Below, piece after piece: positions 1 through 9,220 of a DNA stretch of 64,000 bases. The DNA lies in the NCBI GenBank assembly GCA_020833005.1, contig JAJHRD010000002.1:70287-134286 (forward strand), given 5' to 3'. A model generated the notes under the pieces. It saw only the letters and a list, made by a program, of their open reading frames with translations. It had not been told where the DNA came from and made no database searches. Within the stretch, counting starts at the first letter, position 1; each line of letters begins with the position of its first letter. The translations under genes and the position numbers were made by a program. The DNA is from Thermoproteota archaeon. GTDB lineage: Archaea; Thermoproteota; Methanomethylicia; Culexarchaeales; Culexarchaeaceae.

Positions 1-237
1 CTAAGCCAAAACTTAAAGGAGAAAATAGAGGAATGGATAGAAGACCCTGAAACCTTAAAAATGGAAATAATATCCAGCGAAGACACCTTGCAAAGCGAGA
101 TAAGTCAAAGAATCGTAGATGTGATAAGTGAAGAAATGTTTGCGGAAATAGTATTCACATCATCAATAACAGGCGAGGGGGGAGATGCACTCCTAGGAAG
201 AATAGAGAGAATACTGGGGAAAACGATAATAGAATGA
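1..237 (+). CDS. 3' end of an unidentified protein gene (5'-truncated by the window edge)
   Basis: Frame 1 is open from base 1 to TGA at 235-237 (...FTSSITGEGGDALLGRIERILGKTIIE*). It is purine-rich like neighbouring genes. No family recognised. Confidence 0.3.
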   Translation, partial: LSQNLKEKIEEWIEDPETLKMEIISSEDTLQSEISQRIVDVISEEMFAEIVFTSSITGEGGDALLGRIERILGKTIIE

Positions 238-295
238 GCAAAGCGTTTTTAAATTAGAGAAATTAAATTGGAGTGAGGTATGTGGGGAAACATCC

Positions 296-988
296 ATGGA
301 TGCAGCGAAGATAATTGAAAACGCATTAAGGGAAGGGAGAAAGTATTTAATGGAACATGAAGCAAAAAGCATATGCCAACAATATGGAATGAGCGTAACT
401 AGATTCAAGGTGGCAAAAGACCTTAATGAAGCACTAAAATACGCTGAAGAAATAGGGTATCCAGTGGTCTTTAAAATAGTTTCACCAGATATAATACATA
501 AAAGTGATGTGGGAGGGGTAATAGTAAACATAAAGAATGAAGAAGAAGCAAAAAATGCATATAAAAAGATCATGGAGAATGTGGCAAAAAACAAGCCAAA
601 TGCAAAAATAATAGGCATACTTGTACAGGAAATGGCCCCAGCAGGATTAGAGGTAATAGTGGGTGCAATAAAAGACCCACAATTTGGACATACAATAATG
701 TTTGGACTTGGTGGAATATTTGTTGAAATATTGAAAGATGTAACCTTCAGAATAGCCCCACTAACCATGGAAGACGCCATGGAAATGATAAGAGAAATTA
801 AGGGATACCCACTACTAAAGGGTTATAGAGGACAACCTCCAGCCGATGAAAATGCAATAATAGATACAATAATGAAAACATCAAAACTACTAACAGACCT
901 CCCACAAATAAGCCAATTAGACCTAAACCCAATATTCGTATACGAGAAAGGGGCAAAAATAGTGGATGCGAGGATAATACTAGAATGA
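296..988 (+). CDS. acdB: ADP-forming acetyl-CoA (acyl-CoA) synthetase, beta subunit (ATP-grasp)
   Basis: 230-aa ORF with an ATP-grasp-like sequence (GYPVVFKIVSPDIIHKSDVGGV ... LDLNPIF). Size and sequence match archaeal ACD beta subunits as I recall them. Confidence 0.7.
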   Translation: MDAAKIIENALREGRKYLMEHEAKSICQQYGMSVTRFKVAKDLNEALKYAEEIGYPVVFKIVSPDIIHKSDVGGVIVNIKNEEEAKNAYKKIMENVAKNKPNAKIIGILVQEMAPAGLEVIVGAIKDPQFGHTIMFGLGGIFVEILKDVTFRIAPLTMEDAMEMIREIKGYPLLKGYRGQPPADENAIIDTIMKTSKLLTDLPQISQLDLNPIFVYEKGAKIVDARIILE

Positions 989-1860
989 CCAACGAAGAAG
1001 ACATACTAAATGAAATAAGCAAACTAAGAGAAACATATAAGCAGTTAGAAGAGGAAAGAGGAAAACTATTAGAGGAGAAAAGGAGAAGAAAAGAGGAAAT
1101 AGATGGCCTAAACGAAAAGATAAGCGAAGAATACAAAGCAATTGAAGAGATTAATCAAAAAATATCAGAAAAAATAGAAAACAAGAAGAAACTAATACAA
1201 TTGTTAAAGGAGAAGAGCAAAGAAATAATGGATTTACGTAAAAAAAGAGAAGAAATAGTCAAACAAATTAGAGAAAACAGCTTGAAAACAAATAAAGACG
1301 AAATGGAGGTAAAAAGGGAAATAGAGGAATTAGAATGGAGACAACAAACAACAATAATGTCAAAAGAGGAGGAGGAAAGGATAATAAAAAGAATTGCAGA
1401 GCTAAGTAGACTATTAAAAAACATTGAAAAAACTAAGAAGGCAAAGGACGAATACACTGAAATTAAGAGGAAGATAAACGAAAAAGTAATGGAAAGGGAG
1501 GATATTAAAAGAAAGGTGGATGAGATAAGTAAAGAGATAAACGAAATAATAAAGGAGAAGGAGGAAAGGAGAAAGGAAATTGACAAGTTAAAGGAGGAAA
1601 AGCAAAGGAAAACAAATGAATTGAATGAAGTGGATAACCGCATAAAAGACGTATTAAAGGAAGAGGAAAGGATAAGAGAGAGAATTGTGGAATTGCAAGC
1701 AGAAATGAGTAAGATAAAATTCATTAAAAGAAGAGAGGAGGAGATGAAGATAAAGGAGGATCTGGCTAGAAGGGCCCGTGAAAAGATTAAGAGGAAGGAG
1801 AAACTGAGTTTCGAAGAATTCCAAGCATTAATGGAAATGGATGAAAATCATCAACTATAA
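985..1860 (+). CDS. Lys/Glu-rich coiled-coil protein (archaeal COG1340-like)
   Basis: 291-aa ORF with extreme K/E/I heptad-like composition throughout. The ATGA overlap with the acdB stop (985-988) suggests translational coupling. Confidence 0.6.
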   Translation: MTNEEDILNEISKLRETYKQLEEERGKLLEEKRRRKEEIDGLNEKISEEYKAIEEINQKISEKIENKKKLIQLLKEKSKEIMDLRKKREEIVKQIRENSLKTNKDEMEVKREIEELEWRQQTTIMSKEEEERIIKRIAELSRLLKNIEKTKKAKDEYTEIKRKINEKVMEREDIKRKVDEISKEINEIIKEKEERRKEIDKLKEEKQRKTNELNEVDNRIKDVLKEEERIRERIVELQAEMSKIKFIKRREEEMKIKEDLARRAREKIKRKEKLSFEEFQALMEMDENHQL

Positions 1861-1894
1861 GTATAACCAAAAAATACTATTTTATGGTATTTGA

Positions 1895-2992
1895 ATGAAA
1901 GAAAACGCTGAGAAATTACTCATAATATGTGTAGATAAAGATAATGATGTGGGGAAGGCTACTGGATTCAAAACACCCATAATAGGGAGAGAGAAAAATA
2001 TTGAAGCTGCCGTGAAATTTGCAATAACATCCCCAGAAGACTCCGATGTGAATGCAATATTCGCAGCTATAAAGGTTTATGATGAATTGAAACGCAACAA
2101 TATGGAATGTGAAATTGCAACCATTGCAGGTGAAGCAGAAGGGGGATTAAAATCAGATATAAAGATAAGGGATGAACTAAATGAAGTTTTAAAATCATAT
2201 CAAGCCACCGGAGCAATATTTGTAAGTGACGGGGCGGCAGATGAACTAATAATACCAATAATACAATCAAGAATACCAATAGTATCAGTTAAAAGAATAA
2301 TAGTACAACAAGAGAGAGGGGTTGAAGAATCATACATACTATTTGCAAGATACCTAAGAAAGATCGTTGAAGAATCACAATACGCAAGAATATTCCTAGG
2401 AATACCTGGATTATTATTCCTATCAATGGCAATACTGATAGTCACAGGATACTCCCAGTATGCGGGTATGGGGGCATTATTCATTGTTGGCATAACATTC
2501 ATAATACGTGGATTCTCCATAGATACGCATGTAATTGGATGGCTAAAGTCCTCCCCAGTAATATTCTTCTCAAGCCTCATGGGGGTAATAACAATACTAA
2601 TATCAATGTATATGGGCGTGGGGAAAGTATTATCCGAAGTTGCTGTAAACCCAAATTTAATGGGTAATATAGCTGGGATGGCTGGAACATTCATAGACGT
2701 ATCAAGCGACATAATCCTAATAGGCTTCTCCATAATAGTTGGAGGTAGAATTATTGAGAAAGTATTGAGGAAGAGTAGTAAAGTTTGGCATGACATAGTT
2801 AGTTTAACATTCATAATAACTGTAAGGCCACTATTAAAGGGGGTTGCAGAAACACTAATAAAGCAAGAATACTCCATTCAAGCCATTCTAACACCACTAA
2901 TAATACCAACGGTCACCACAATAACCCTAATAATACTCTTCACATTAATAGAGGGGGTAATCTCAAAGAGAGGGGGGAGGGGAGGGAAATGA
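1895..2992 (+). CDS. DUF373-family membrane protein
   Basis: 365-aa ORF with a soluble N-domain (LLIICVDKDNDVGKATG...) followed by several hydrophobic helices. Pattern recalled as archaeal DUF373. Confidence 0.6.
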   Translation: MKENAEKLLIICVDKDNDVGKATGFKTPIIGREKNIEAAVKFAITSPEDSDVNAIFAAIKVYDELKRNNMECEIATIAGEAEGGLKSDIKIRDELNEVLKSYQATGAIFVSDGAADELIIPIIQSRIPIVSVKRIIVQQERGVEESYILFARYLRKIVEESQYARIFLGIPGLLFLSMAILIVTGYSQYAGMGALFIVGITFIIRGFSIDTHVIGWLKSSPVIFFSSLMGVITILISMYMGVGKVLSEVAVNPNLMGNIAGMAGTFIDVSSDIILIGFSIIVGGRIIEKVLRKSSKVWHDIVSLTFIITVRPLLKGVAETLIKQEYSIQAILTPLIIPTVTTITLIILFTLIEGVISKRGGRGGK

Positions 2993-3738
2993 AGATTAGA
3001 ATTGGAATCATTGGAGGATCTGGACTTGAAAATGCAATAGAGGGAGAAAGAGTATTGGTGAATACACCATATGGTGATGTACTTGTCAAAGTAGGTGTTA
3101 TGGTAAATGAGAAAGTTGCATTTATACCTAGACATGGAGAAAGACATGAAACCCCACCACACAAAGTGAACTATAGAGGAAACTTATGGGCATTGAAAAC
3201 TCTTGGGGTTGAAAGGGTGATAGCTACGAATGCCGTTGGAGGGATAAGGGATGGTCTAAACCCAGGAGACCTACTTATACCACATGACTTCATAGACTTC
3301 ACAAAGGGGAGAACATACACATTTTACGATCAAAAAGCAGTTCATGTAGATTTAACAACACCATACTGCCCAGAGATTAGAAGGATAATCATTGAAGTTG
3401 CTGAGGAAATGGGCATCAAAATTTGGGATGGTGGAGTATATGTATGTACGGAGGGACCTAGATTTGAAACCCCCTCTGAAATAAGGATGTTTAGACTTTT
3501 AGGAGCAGATGTGGTAGGTATGACTGGAGTCCCAGAGGTCATTCTGGCAAGAGAATTGAAAATGTGTTATGCAACAATATGCGTAATTACAAATTACGCT
3601 GCTGGAATGCAGAAGAGGATATCACATGAAGAGGTAAATGAAATTATGAGGGGAAAAACGAGGGTTATTGTTGAAATTATGAACAAAGTTGTCCAGAAAA
3701 TACCAGTTGAACGCAAAAATTGTATGTGTGGATTATAG
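2989..3738 (+). CDS. mtnP: 5'-methylthioadenosine / purine nucleoside phosphorylase
   Basis: 249 aa. IGIIGGSGL N-terminus, FIPRHG..H..PPHKVNYRGN motif and a C-terminal CMC motif, as in hyperthermophilic MTAPs. ATGA overlap with the upstream gene. Confidence 0.85.
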   Translation: MKIRIGIIGGSGLENAIEGERVLVNTPYGDVLVKVGVMVNEKVAFIPRHGERHETPPHKVNYRGNLWALKTLGVERVIATNAVGGIRDGLNPGDLLIPHDFIDFTKGRTYTFYDQKAVHVDLTTPYCPEIRRIIIEVAEEMGIKIWDGGVYVCTEGPRFETPSEIRMFRLLGADVVGMTGVPEVILARELKMCYATICVITNYAAGMQKRISHEEVNEIMRGKTRVIVEIMNKVVQKIPVERKNCMCGL

Positions 3739-3749
3739 GGGACTAATAT

Positions 3750-4838
3750 TTAGAAGAACACTCTCTCCAAGCTATTAAGAATCTCACATCCACCTTCACG
3801 CACCAAAGCCATCTCCTCAACCCTAACGCCACCAACCCCCTTAATGTATATCCCAGGCTCTATGGTAACGATGCTACCACTGGGTAGAGGTGAATTATTC
3901 CTGGAATTCAACCCAGGTTCTTCGTGAACTGCTAAACCAACACCATGACCGAGACTATGCGTGAAATATTTTCCATAACCATACTTCTCTATTACACGTC
4001 TAGCAGCAGCATCAACCTCAGCTCCAGTAACCCCTGCTGAAAGGACATCCACAGCAGCATCTATGGCTTCAAGCACAAGGGTGAACATCTTCTTCAAATC
4101 CTCATTTATGGAGCCTACTGTAATGGTTCTAGTTATATCTGAACAGTATCCACCATACTTAGCGCCAACATCTATAACCACCAATTCACCTTGACAAACC
4201 CTTTTCTGTGTTGTGGAAGCATGTGGAAAAGCTGAACGAACCCCAGAAGCCACTATACTATCAAAAGCATACCCCTCAGAACCAGCTCTCCTCATAGCAT
4301 ACTCAATTTCACCTGCAATCTCCACTTCACTCATCCCTTCATGTAAAACACTCAATAAATGTTTAATGCTCTTCTCAGATATGCTTAAAGCCTTTCTAAT
4401 CAAATCAATCTCCTCAGAATCCTTTACAGACCTAATCTGCAATATGGATGTTGAGAAATCCATGAATTCAGATACATTCAATTTCTTAGCCAATGTGGAA
4501 TACATATCAATATTCATGTACTGGCGTTCCACCGCAATATTCCCACTTACATGAAGCTCCGTCAACTTAGAATTAATAACATCAGATAAACTCATATCTG
4601 CCTTTAGGGGGATTACTACACCATGCTTAAATGTCTCTGTAGCTTCATCAAACTCCAGCTCCGAAACTAACAATATAGGGTCAGCATCTATGGGAACTAT
4701 TAGGCTCCTACCCCTAGGGAATCCCGTCAAGTAATATATGTTCAATGAATTAAATAGTATTGCAGCTTTAGCCCCCCTCTTTTCAATCTCTCCACGTACC
4801 ATCGCTAAACGTTTCCTAAACGTTTGAATTGATGGCAA
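3750..4838 (-). CDS. pepQ: M24-family Xaa-Pro dipeptidase/aminopeptidase
   Basis: 362 aa with the pita-bread metal-ligand region (DVGAKYGGYCSDITRT ... HSLGHGVGLAVHEEP ... TIEPGIY). Confidence 0.85.
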   Translation of the reverse strand: MPSIQTFRKRLAMVRGEIEKRGAKAAILFNSLNIYYLTGFPRGRSLIVPIDADPILLVSELEFDEATETFKHGVVIPLKADMSLSDVINSKLTELHVSGNIAVERQYMNIDMYSTLAKKLNVSEFMDFSTSILQIRSVKDSEEIDLIRKALSISEKSIKHLLSVLHEGMSEVEIAGEIEYAMRRAGSEGYAFDSIVASGVRSAFPHASTTQKRVCQGELVVIDVGAKYGGYCSDITRTITVGSINEDLKKMFTLVLEAIDAAVDVLSAGVTGAEVDAAARRVIEKYGYGKYFTHSLGHGVGLAVHEEPGLNSRNNSPLPSGSIVTIEPGIYIKGVGGVRVEEMALVREGGCEILNSLERVFF

Positions 4839-4911
4839 AATGACACCAAAAATATAATTGAGGAAACTTAAAATTTAAATACATTGTTTTGGGATTTATC
4901 ATCCACCCATA

Positions 4912-5937
4912 TTAACAGATTCTGGGGAGCTGCGACCCAATTGGTGGCGGAACAACTCTACTCCCACCAATTACGGTTTCCATAACAACATACCCCTTAG
5001 GGCTACTCCTAACTTCACCAATTATGCTTGCAGATTCACACCCTTTAAATCTCCTTATCCTATTTAGGATGTCATCTGCATATGCTGGATCCACACTTAA
5101 AACAGCTCTACCCTCACAGGCTAAGTATAGGGGGTCTAAACCCATCATCTCACATACGGCTTTAACCTCAGATCTAATTGGTATCTTGGATTCATCGATC
5201 CATATACCAACATTACATTTACTTGCCCAAACATTTAAAGCCTCAGCTAAACCCCCCCTCGTGGGATCTTTAGCGGCATGAACACCTCCAACTTCAAGTG
5301 CAGCTTCCATCACATTATATATTGCAGCAACATCAGATTTGATTTCCCCAATAAATGATAACCCTTCCCTAACAGACATTAAGGCAATTTCATGTTCACC
5401 AATACTACCAGTAACAATTATCTTATCCCCACACTTAACGCCACGATCAGTTATAATTTTACCCCTTGGCACTATTCCAATTCCACTCATTCCAATAACT
5501 ATTTTATCCAACTTACCCTTAGGTATAACTTTAAAATCTCCCCCCACAATGGCAACATTATTTTCCTCAGCCGTCTTAATCATCGAGTTAACAATTAGTT
5601 CAAGATCCTTCATTGGAAACCCCTCTTCAACAATTATATTATCCATTATGGCAAGGGGCTTAGCACCCATAACAGCAAGATCGTTAATTGTACCACATAC
5701 AGCTAAAACACCAATATCCCCACCTGGGAAGAATATTGGATCAACAGTGTAACCATCTGATGTCATAACCAGTTCAAAATCACCTATGGGGATTGATGCA
5801 CCATCATCAAAATCCCTCAACCCCACACCCCCAAAAACATTATGAAGCTTAACTCTATTAACAAAAAGCTTATCAATGAGCTTATCAGTCAGTTGCCCAC
5901 CACTACCATGGAAAAGCTTTACAAACTCATCAGACAT
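4912..5937 (-). CDS. hypE: [NiFe]-hydrogenase maturation protein HypE
   Basis: AIR-synthase-like fold sequence with N-terminal LFHGSGGQ and the hallmark C-terminal ...LPRIC*. I place the start at ATG 5937 (MSDEFVKLFHGSGG). The 19 hydrophobic codons upstream in the track ORF look like read-through of the promoter region. Confidence 0.75.
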   Translation of the reverse strand: MSDEFVKLFHGSGGQLTDKLIDKLFVNRVKLHNVFGGVGLRDFDDGASIPIGDFELVMTSDGYTVDPIFFPGGDIGVLAVCGTINDLAVMGAKPLAIMDNIIVEEGFPMKDLELIVNSMIKTAEENNVAIVGGDFKVIPKGKLDKIVIGMSGIGIVPRGKIITDRGVKCGDKIIVTGSIGEHEIALMSVREGLSFIGEIKSDVAAIYNVMEAALEVGGVHAAKDPTRGGLAEALNVWASKCNVGIWIDESKIPIRSEVKAVCEMMGLDPLYLACEGRAVLSVDPAYADDILNRIRRFKGCESASIIGEVRSSPKGYVVMETVIGGSRVVPPPIGSQLPRIC

Positions 5938-6010
5938 AATCGTGAACCAAAACATAATACTTAAAAGTATGAGATAAAAATATCGTGATGGCACAGTGAG
6001 GGTGAAATAA

Positions 6011-6409
6011 TTGAGCTACTACCAAGGGAATGACCTTAAAAAACCATCAGGAGGAAGAAAGAGGCCTTATAGGGAAAAGAGGAAATATGAATTGGGGAGA
6101 CCTCCCACAAACACCATTCTCAGCGAAAATGATGAGAGAGTGAAAATTAGAGTTCGTGGTGGAAACATAAAAGTGAGGGAGAAGAAGGCTGCCTACGCAA
6201 ATGTGGCAATAACTGATGAAAGTGGGAGAAAGGTGGTCAAGGTGAAGATTACACGAGTAAAGAGCAACCCAGCAAATCCAGAATACGCAAGAAGAGGGAT
6301 AATAACGAAAGGGGCAATTATAGAGACACCAATAGGAGAAGCAAAAGTTACCTCAAGACCAGGTCAACATGGAGTTATAAATGCAGTATTAATCAAAAAG
6401 ATAAGCTAA
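6011..6409 (+). CDS. rps8e: 30S ribosomal protein S8e
   Basis: 132 aa, TTG start. [29 protein letters not shown] is a typical S8e N-terminus. Confidence 0.9.
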   Translation: MSYYQGNDLKKPSGGRKRPYREKRKYELGRPPTNTILSENDERVKIRVRGGNIKVREKKAAYANVAITDESGRKVVKVKITRVKSNPANPEYARRGIITKGAIIETPIGEAKVTSRPGQHGVINAVLIKKIS

Positions 6410-6495
6410 AAACAGTAATGAGTAATAAGGAAGACAAACATCCTATAATAGATAGCCTTCAAAATATAAATTTATGAGGAAATAATGAAATTAAG

Positions 6496-6873
6496 GTGAT
6501 AAACATTAATGGAGCTAATGCATATACAGGTAAGGAAACTGTGAAAAGAAGGAAGAGTATAATATGGCCAGCATACATAGATGCAACATTAACCAGAAAA
6601 TATGGGAGGAGGATTCCAAAGGACATGGCAGTACCAAACCCAACAATAGAGGAAATGGAGGCAGCAGCAAAGGAGCTGAAAATGAAGTACACCGTGGAAA
6701 AGGGTAAAAAATATCCAAAAACGTGGTTTAAGTCTGAAGGAAGAATAATAATAGAGGAAACGGGGAGGAAGACGGAGATTATTAAGAAATTGGCATTAAC
6801 AATAAGTAAAATGAGAATTGAAAAACAAAGAATTAAAGAATCTGAGAAAAGCAAAGGTAAAAAAGCGGATTAG
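6496..6873 (+). CDS. srp19: Signal recognition particle protein SRP19
   Basis: IIWPAYIDATLTRKYGRRIPK motif. The start is uncertain: GTG 6496 in the track, or in-frame GTG 6541 (VKRRKSIIWP), which fits SRP19 length better. Confidence 0.85.
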   Translation: MININGANAYTGKETVKRRKSIIWPAYIDATLTRKYGRRIPKDMAVPNPTIEEMEAAAKELKMKYTVEKGKKYPKTWFKSEGRIIIEETGRKTEIIKKLALTISKMRIEKQRIKESEKSKGKKAD

Positions 6874-6906
6874 AATTAGTAAATGAAGCTTTTTGCTTAA
6901 AATCAC

Positions 6907-6926
6907 AATAAACTTATAAGTTTATT
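6907..6926. repeat. 20-bp perfect palindrome between srp19 and gar1
   Basis: aataaactta|taagtttatt, verified base by base. The centre CTTATAAG is TATA-like. It lies 37-56 nt upstream of the gar1 TTG. Confidence 0.9.
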
Positions 6927-6962
6927 CAACAGTAAGAATTATGTTGAAGTGGAGATGATCCC

Positions 6963-7190
6963 TTGACGCATGCAGGTAAAATCCTGCATAAAGTGAATGA
7001 AAGGCTAATTCTAGCGAGAGCAAAAAAAGCTCCAAAAACAGATTCAAAGGTATATGATGCTGATGGGAAAATCATTGGAAGCGTATACGAAGTATTTGGA
7101 CCAGTAAAAAACCCATACATCCTAATAAAGGTATCAAATGAAAAGTCAACCCCCAAAATAAAGGGGGATAAAGTATACTTCGAAGAGTAG
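6963..7190 (+). CDS. gar1: H/ACA RNP protein Gar1
   Basis: 75 aa, TTG start. The GKILHKV...[15 protein letters not shown] pattern is typical of archaeal Gar1. The conserved Gar1-TFB adjacency supports the call. Confidence 0.8.
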   Translation: MTHAGKILHKVNERLILARAKKAPKTDSKVYDADGKIIGSVYEVFGPVKNPYILIKVSNEKSTPKIKGDKVYFEE

Positions 7191-7201
7191 GAGGAAGATT
7201 A

Positions 7202-8125
7202 ATGGGGGAGCCGGATAAAACCGTAAAAATATGTCCAGAATGCGGGAGCACAAATCTAATTAGAGATGAAGAAAGAGCTGAAATAACATGTCTAAATTGT
7301 GGATTAGTAATAAGTGAAAGGATGATGGATCCAGGACCTGAATGGAGAGCATTCAATCCGGAGCAAAAGGAGAAGAGAACCCGTGTGGGGGCACCACTCA
7401 CATTAACAATACATGATAAAGGATTATCAACTATAATTGATTGGAGGGATAAAGACAGCTATGGTAAAGACCTAACACCAAAAAGGAGGGCACAAGTATA
7501 TAGATTGAGGAAATGGCAGAGGAGAATTAGAATATCAGATGCCACGGAAAGAAACCTCGCATTCGCATTACAAGAAATAGAGAGGATAACATCCCAACTT
7601 GGACTGCCAAAAAGCATACATGAAGAAGCTGCACTAATATATAGGAGAGCTGTGGAAGAAAAACTCGTTAGAGGTAGATCGGTGGAAAGCATGGCTGCAG
7701 CAGCCATATACGCTGCTTGCAGAAAATATGGTGTACCAAGAACTCTTGATGAAATAACGAAAGTCGCTAGGGTAAATAAGAAGGATATAGGGAGAAGCTA
7801 TAGATTCATGGCTAGAGAACTCATAAAGAAGGTAAACCCAACAAACCCCGTCGAATACATACCAAGACTTGCAACACAACTAGGACTTGTGGGGGACGTA
7901 CAAATACATGCAAAGAGAATAGTGGATATAGCGAAGAACAATGGATTAACATCAGGCAGAGGCCCCATAGGAGTTGCTGCAGCAGCAATATACATAGCAA
8001 GCGTGATATTAAATGAAAAGAAAACGCAAAGAGAAATAGCAAACGTAGCAGGAGTCACTGAAGTAACAATTAGGAATAGATATAAAGAATTGGCTGAGAA
8101 AATAGCCATAGACATACCACTTTAA
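7202..8125 (+). CDS. tfb: Transcription initiation factor IIB (TFB)
   Basis: 307 aa with an N-terminal Zn ribbon (CPECGS...CLNCG), B-reader/linker and two cyclin repeats. Confidence 0.95.
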   Translation: MGEPDKTVKICPECGSTNLIRDEERAEITCLNCGLVISERMMDPGPEWRAFNPEQKEKRTRVGAPLTLTIHDKGLSTIIDWRDKDSYGKDLTPKRRAQVYRLRKWQRRIRISDATERNLAFALQEIERITSQLGLPKSIHEEAALIYRRAVEEKLVRGRSVESMAAAAIYAACRKYGVPRTLDEITKVARVNKKDIGRSYRFMARELIKKVNPTNPVEYIPRLATQLGLVGDVQIHAKRIVDIAKNNGLTSGRGPIGVAAAAIYIASVILNEKKTQREIANVAGVTEVTIRNRYKELAEKIAIDIPL

Positions 8126-8217
8126 ACCACGAAACACAATTCATTTACAATTTAAAATATAAATTAGTTTGAATTATCATAATATTAACTGAAAATTATT
8201 GGAGTAGATGATATAAA

Positions 8218-8619
8218 ATGCCTAAAGCAGTAAAACTCAGCGAACTGGAGAAGAAGGCCATAGAAATAATCATTAAGAGAGGGGAAAATGGGATAATGCA
8301 AAGCGAATTATGGAAAATCCTTGGAACAGATAGTAGAGAGGGGTCGAGAATAGCTATCAGACTGGAAAAGAAGGGATTTGTGACTAGAGAACCAATAATA
8401 CATGAAGGAAAACATACATATATACTTAAAATCGTTAAAAAGGAGCCTAAGAAGATATCAATATCAAGTGTAAAAGGGATACCATGCTTCACATGCCCAA
8501 TAATAACGAAGTGCGGTCAAGGAGGCGAAGTAAATCCAATTACATGTCAAAAAATGACGGATTGGATTATAAGTCAGGTGGAGGGAATGGAGGAAATTGA
8601 AGGGGGGACACCACAATAG
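8218..8619 (+). CDS. Winged-helix protein with C-terminal 4-Cys motif, TFE-beta/RPC34-like
   Basis: 133 aa. N-terminal wHTH (MQSELWKILGTDSREGSRIAIRLEKKGFV) plus Cys90-x2-Cys93-x5-Cys99-x10-Cys110. Sits next to tfb. Assigned by architecture only. Confidence 0.5.
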   Translation: MPKAVKLSELEKKAIEIIIKRGENGIMQSELWKILGTDSREGSRIAIRLEKKGFVTREPIIHEGKHTYILKIVKKEPKKISISSVKGIPCFTCPIITKCGQGGEVNPITCQKMTDWIISQVEGMEEIEGGTPQ

Positions 8620-8620
8620 A

Positions 8621-9220
8621 ATGGATTACTACTATCGAAAAGCAAAAGCCGAAGGTTATAGATCTAGGGCAGCATACAAATTGAAGGAGATAAATGAGAA
8701 ATATAATGTCATTAGGAGAGGAAACATAGTTGTAGACTTGGGAGCTGCACCTGGAGGATGGATACAAGTTTCAAGAGAAATTGTAGGGGATGATGGGCTA
8801 GTGATAGGTGTAGATATAAATGAAATAGAGAAGTTCCCATGGAGTAATGTCATAACAATACAAGCAGACATAACAGATGAAAAGATAGTGGAGATTATAA
8901 GGAGCGTAATCCCTAATGGGCGCATGGTAGACGTGGTACTATCAGATGCAGCCCCAAAAATTTCTGGAATATGGGATACTGATCATGCAAGACAAATATT
9001 CATAGCAGAAAATGCATTAAAAATAGCTAAAGAATTACTGAAACCAGATGGAAGATGTGTAATAAAGGTTTTTCAAGGCCCTCTATTAAACGATTTCATA
9101 AATAAAGTTAAAGGAGAATTCGTAGAGGTTAAAATATTCAAGCCAAGCGCTTCGAGGAAGGAGAGTTCAGAAGTATATGTGATAGCTAAGAGGAGGAAGA
9201 TTTCACTAAGTCAAAAATGA
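8621..9220 (+). CDS. rlmE: 23S rRNA U2552-type ribose 2'-O-methyltransferase RlmE/FtsJ
   Basis: DYYYRKAKAEGYRSRAAYKL and the SAM motif VVDLGAAPGGW. ATG 8621 chosen, 1 nt after the upstream stop. The track ORF begins at TTG 8597. Confidence 0.85.
   Translation: MDYYYRKAKAEGYRSRAAYKLKEINEKYNVIRRGNIVVDLGAAPGGWIQVSREIVGDDGLVIGVDINEIEKFPWSNVITIQADITDEKIVEIIRSVIPNGRMVDVVLSDAAPKISGIWDTDHARQIFIAENALKIAKELLKPDGRCVIKVFQGPLLNDFINKVKGEFVEVKIFKPSASRKESSEVYVIAKRRKISLSQK

Noticed and set aside
193-780. Long antisense ORFs opposite real genes. Examples: 193-780, 1155-1724, 2200-2877, 15267-15890, 23172-23708, 24762-25283, 28782-29312, 33004-33579, 36714-37229, 40717-41193, 49405-49941.
   Set aside because: All are low-complexity Ser/Leu/Phe/Ile/Pro-rich translations with no recognisable motifs. 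They lie exactly opposite strongly supported genes and are explained by the stop-poor pyrimidine-rich complement of purine-loaded coding strands.
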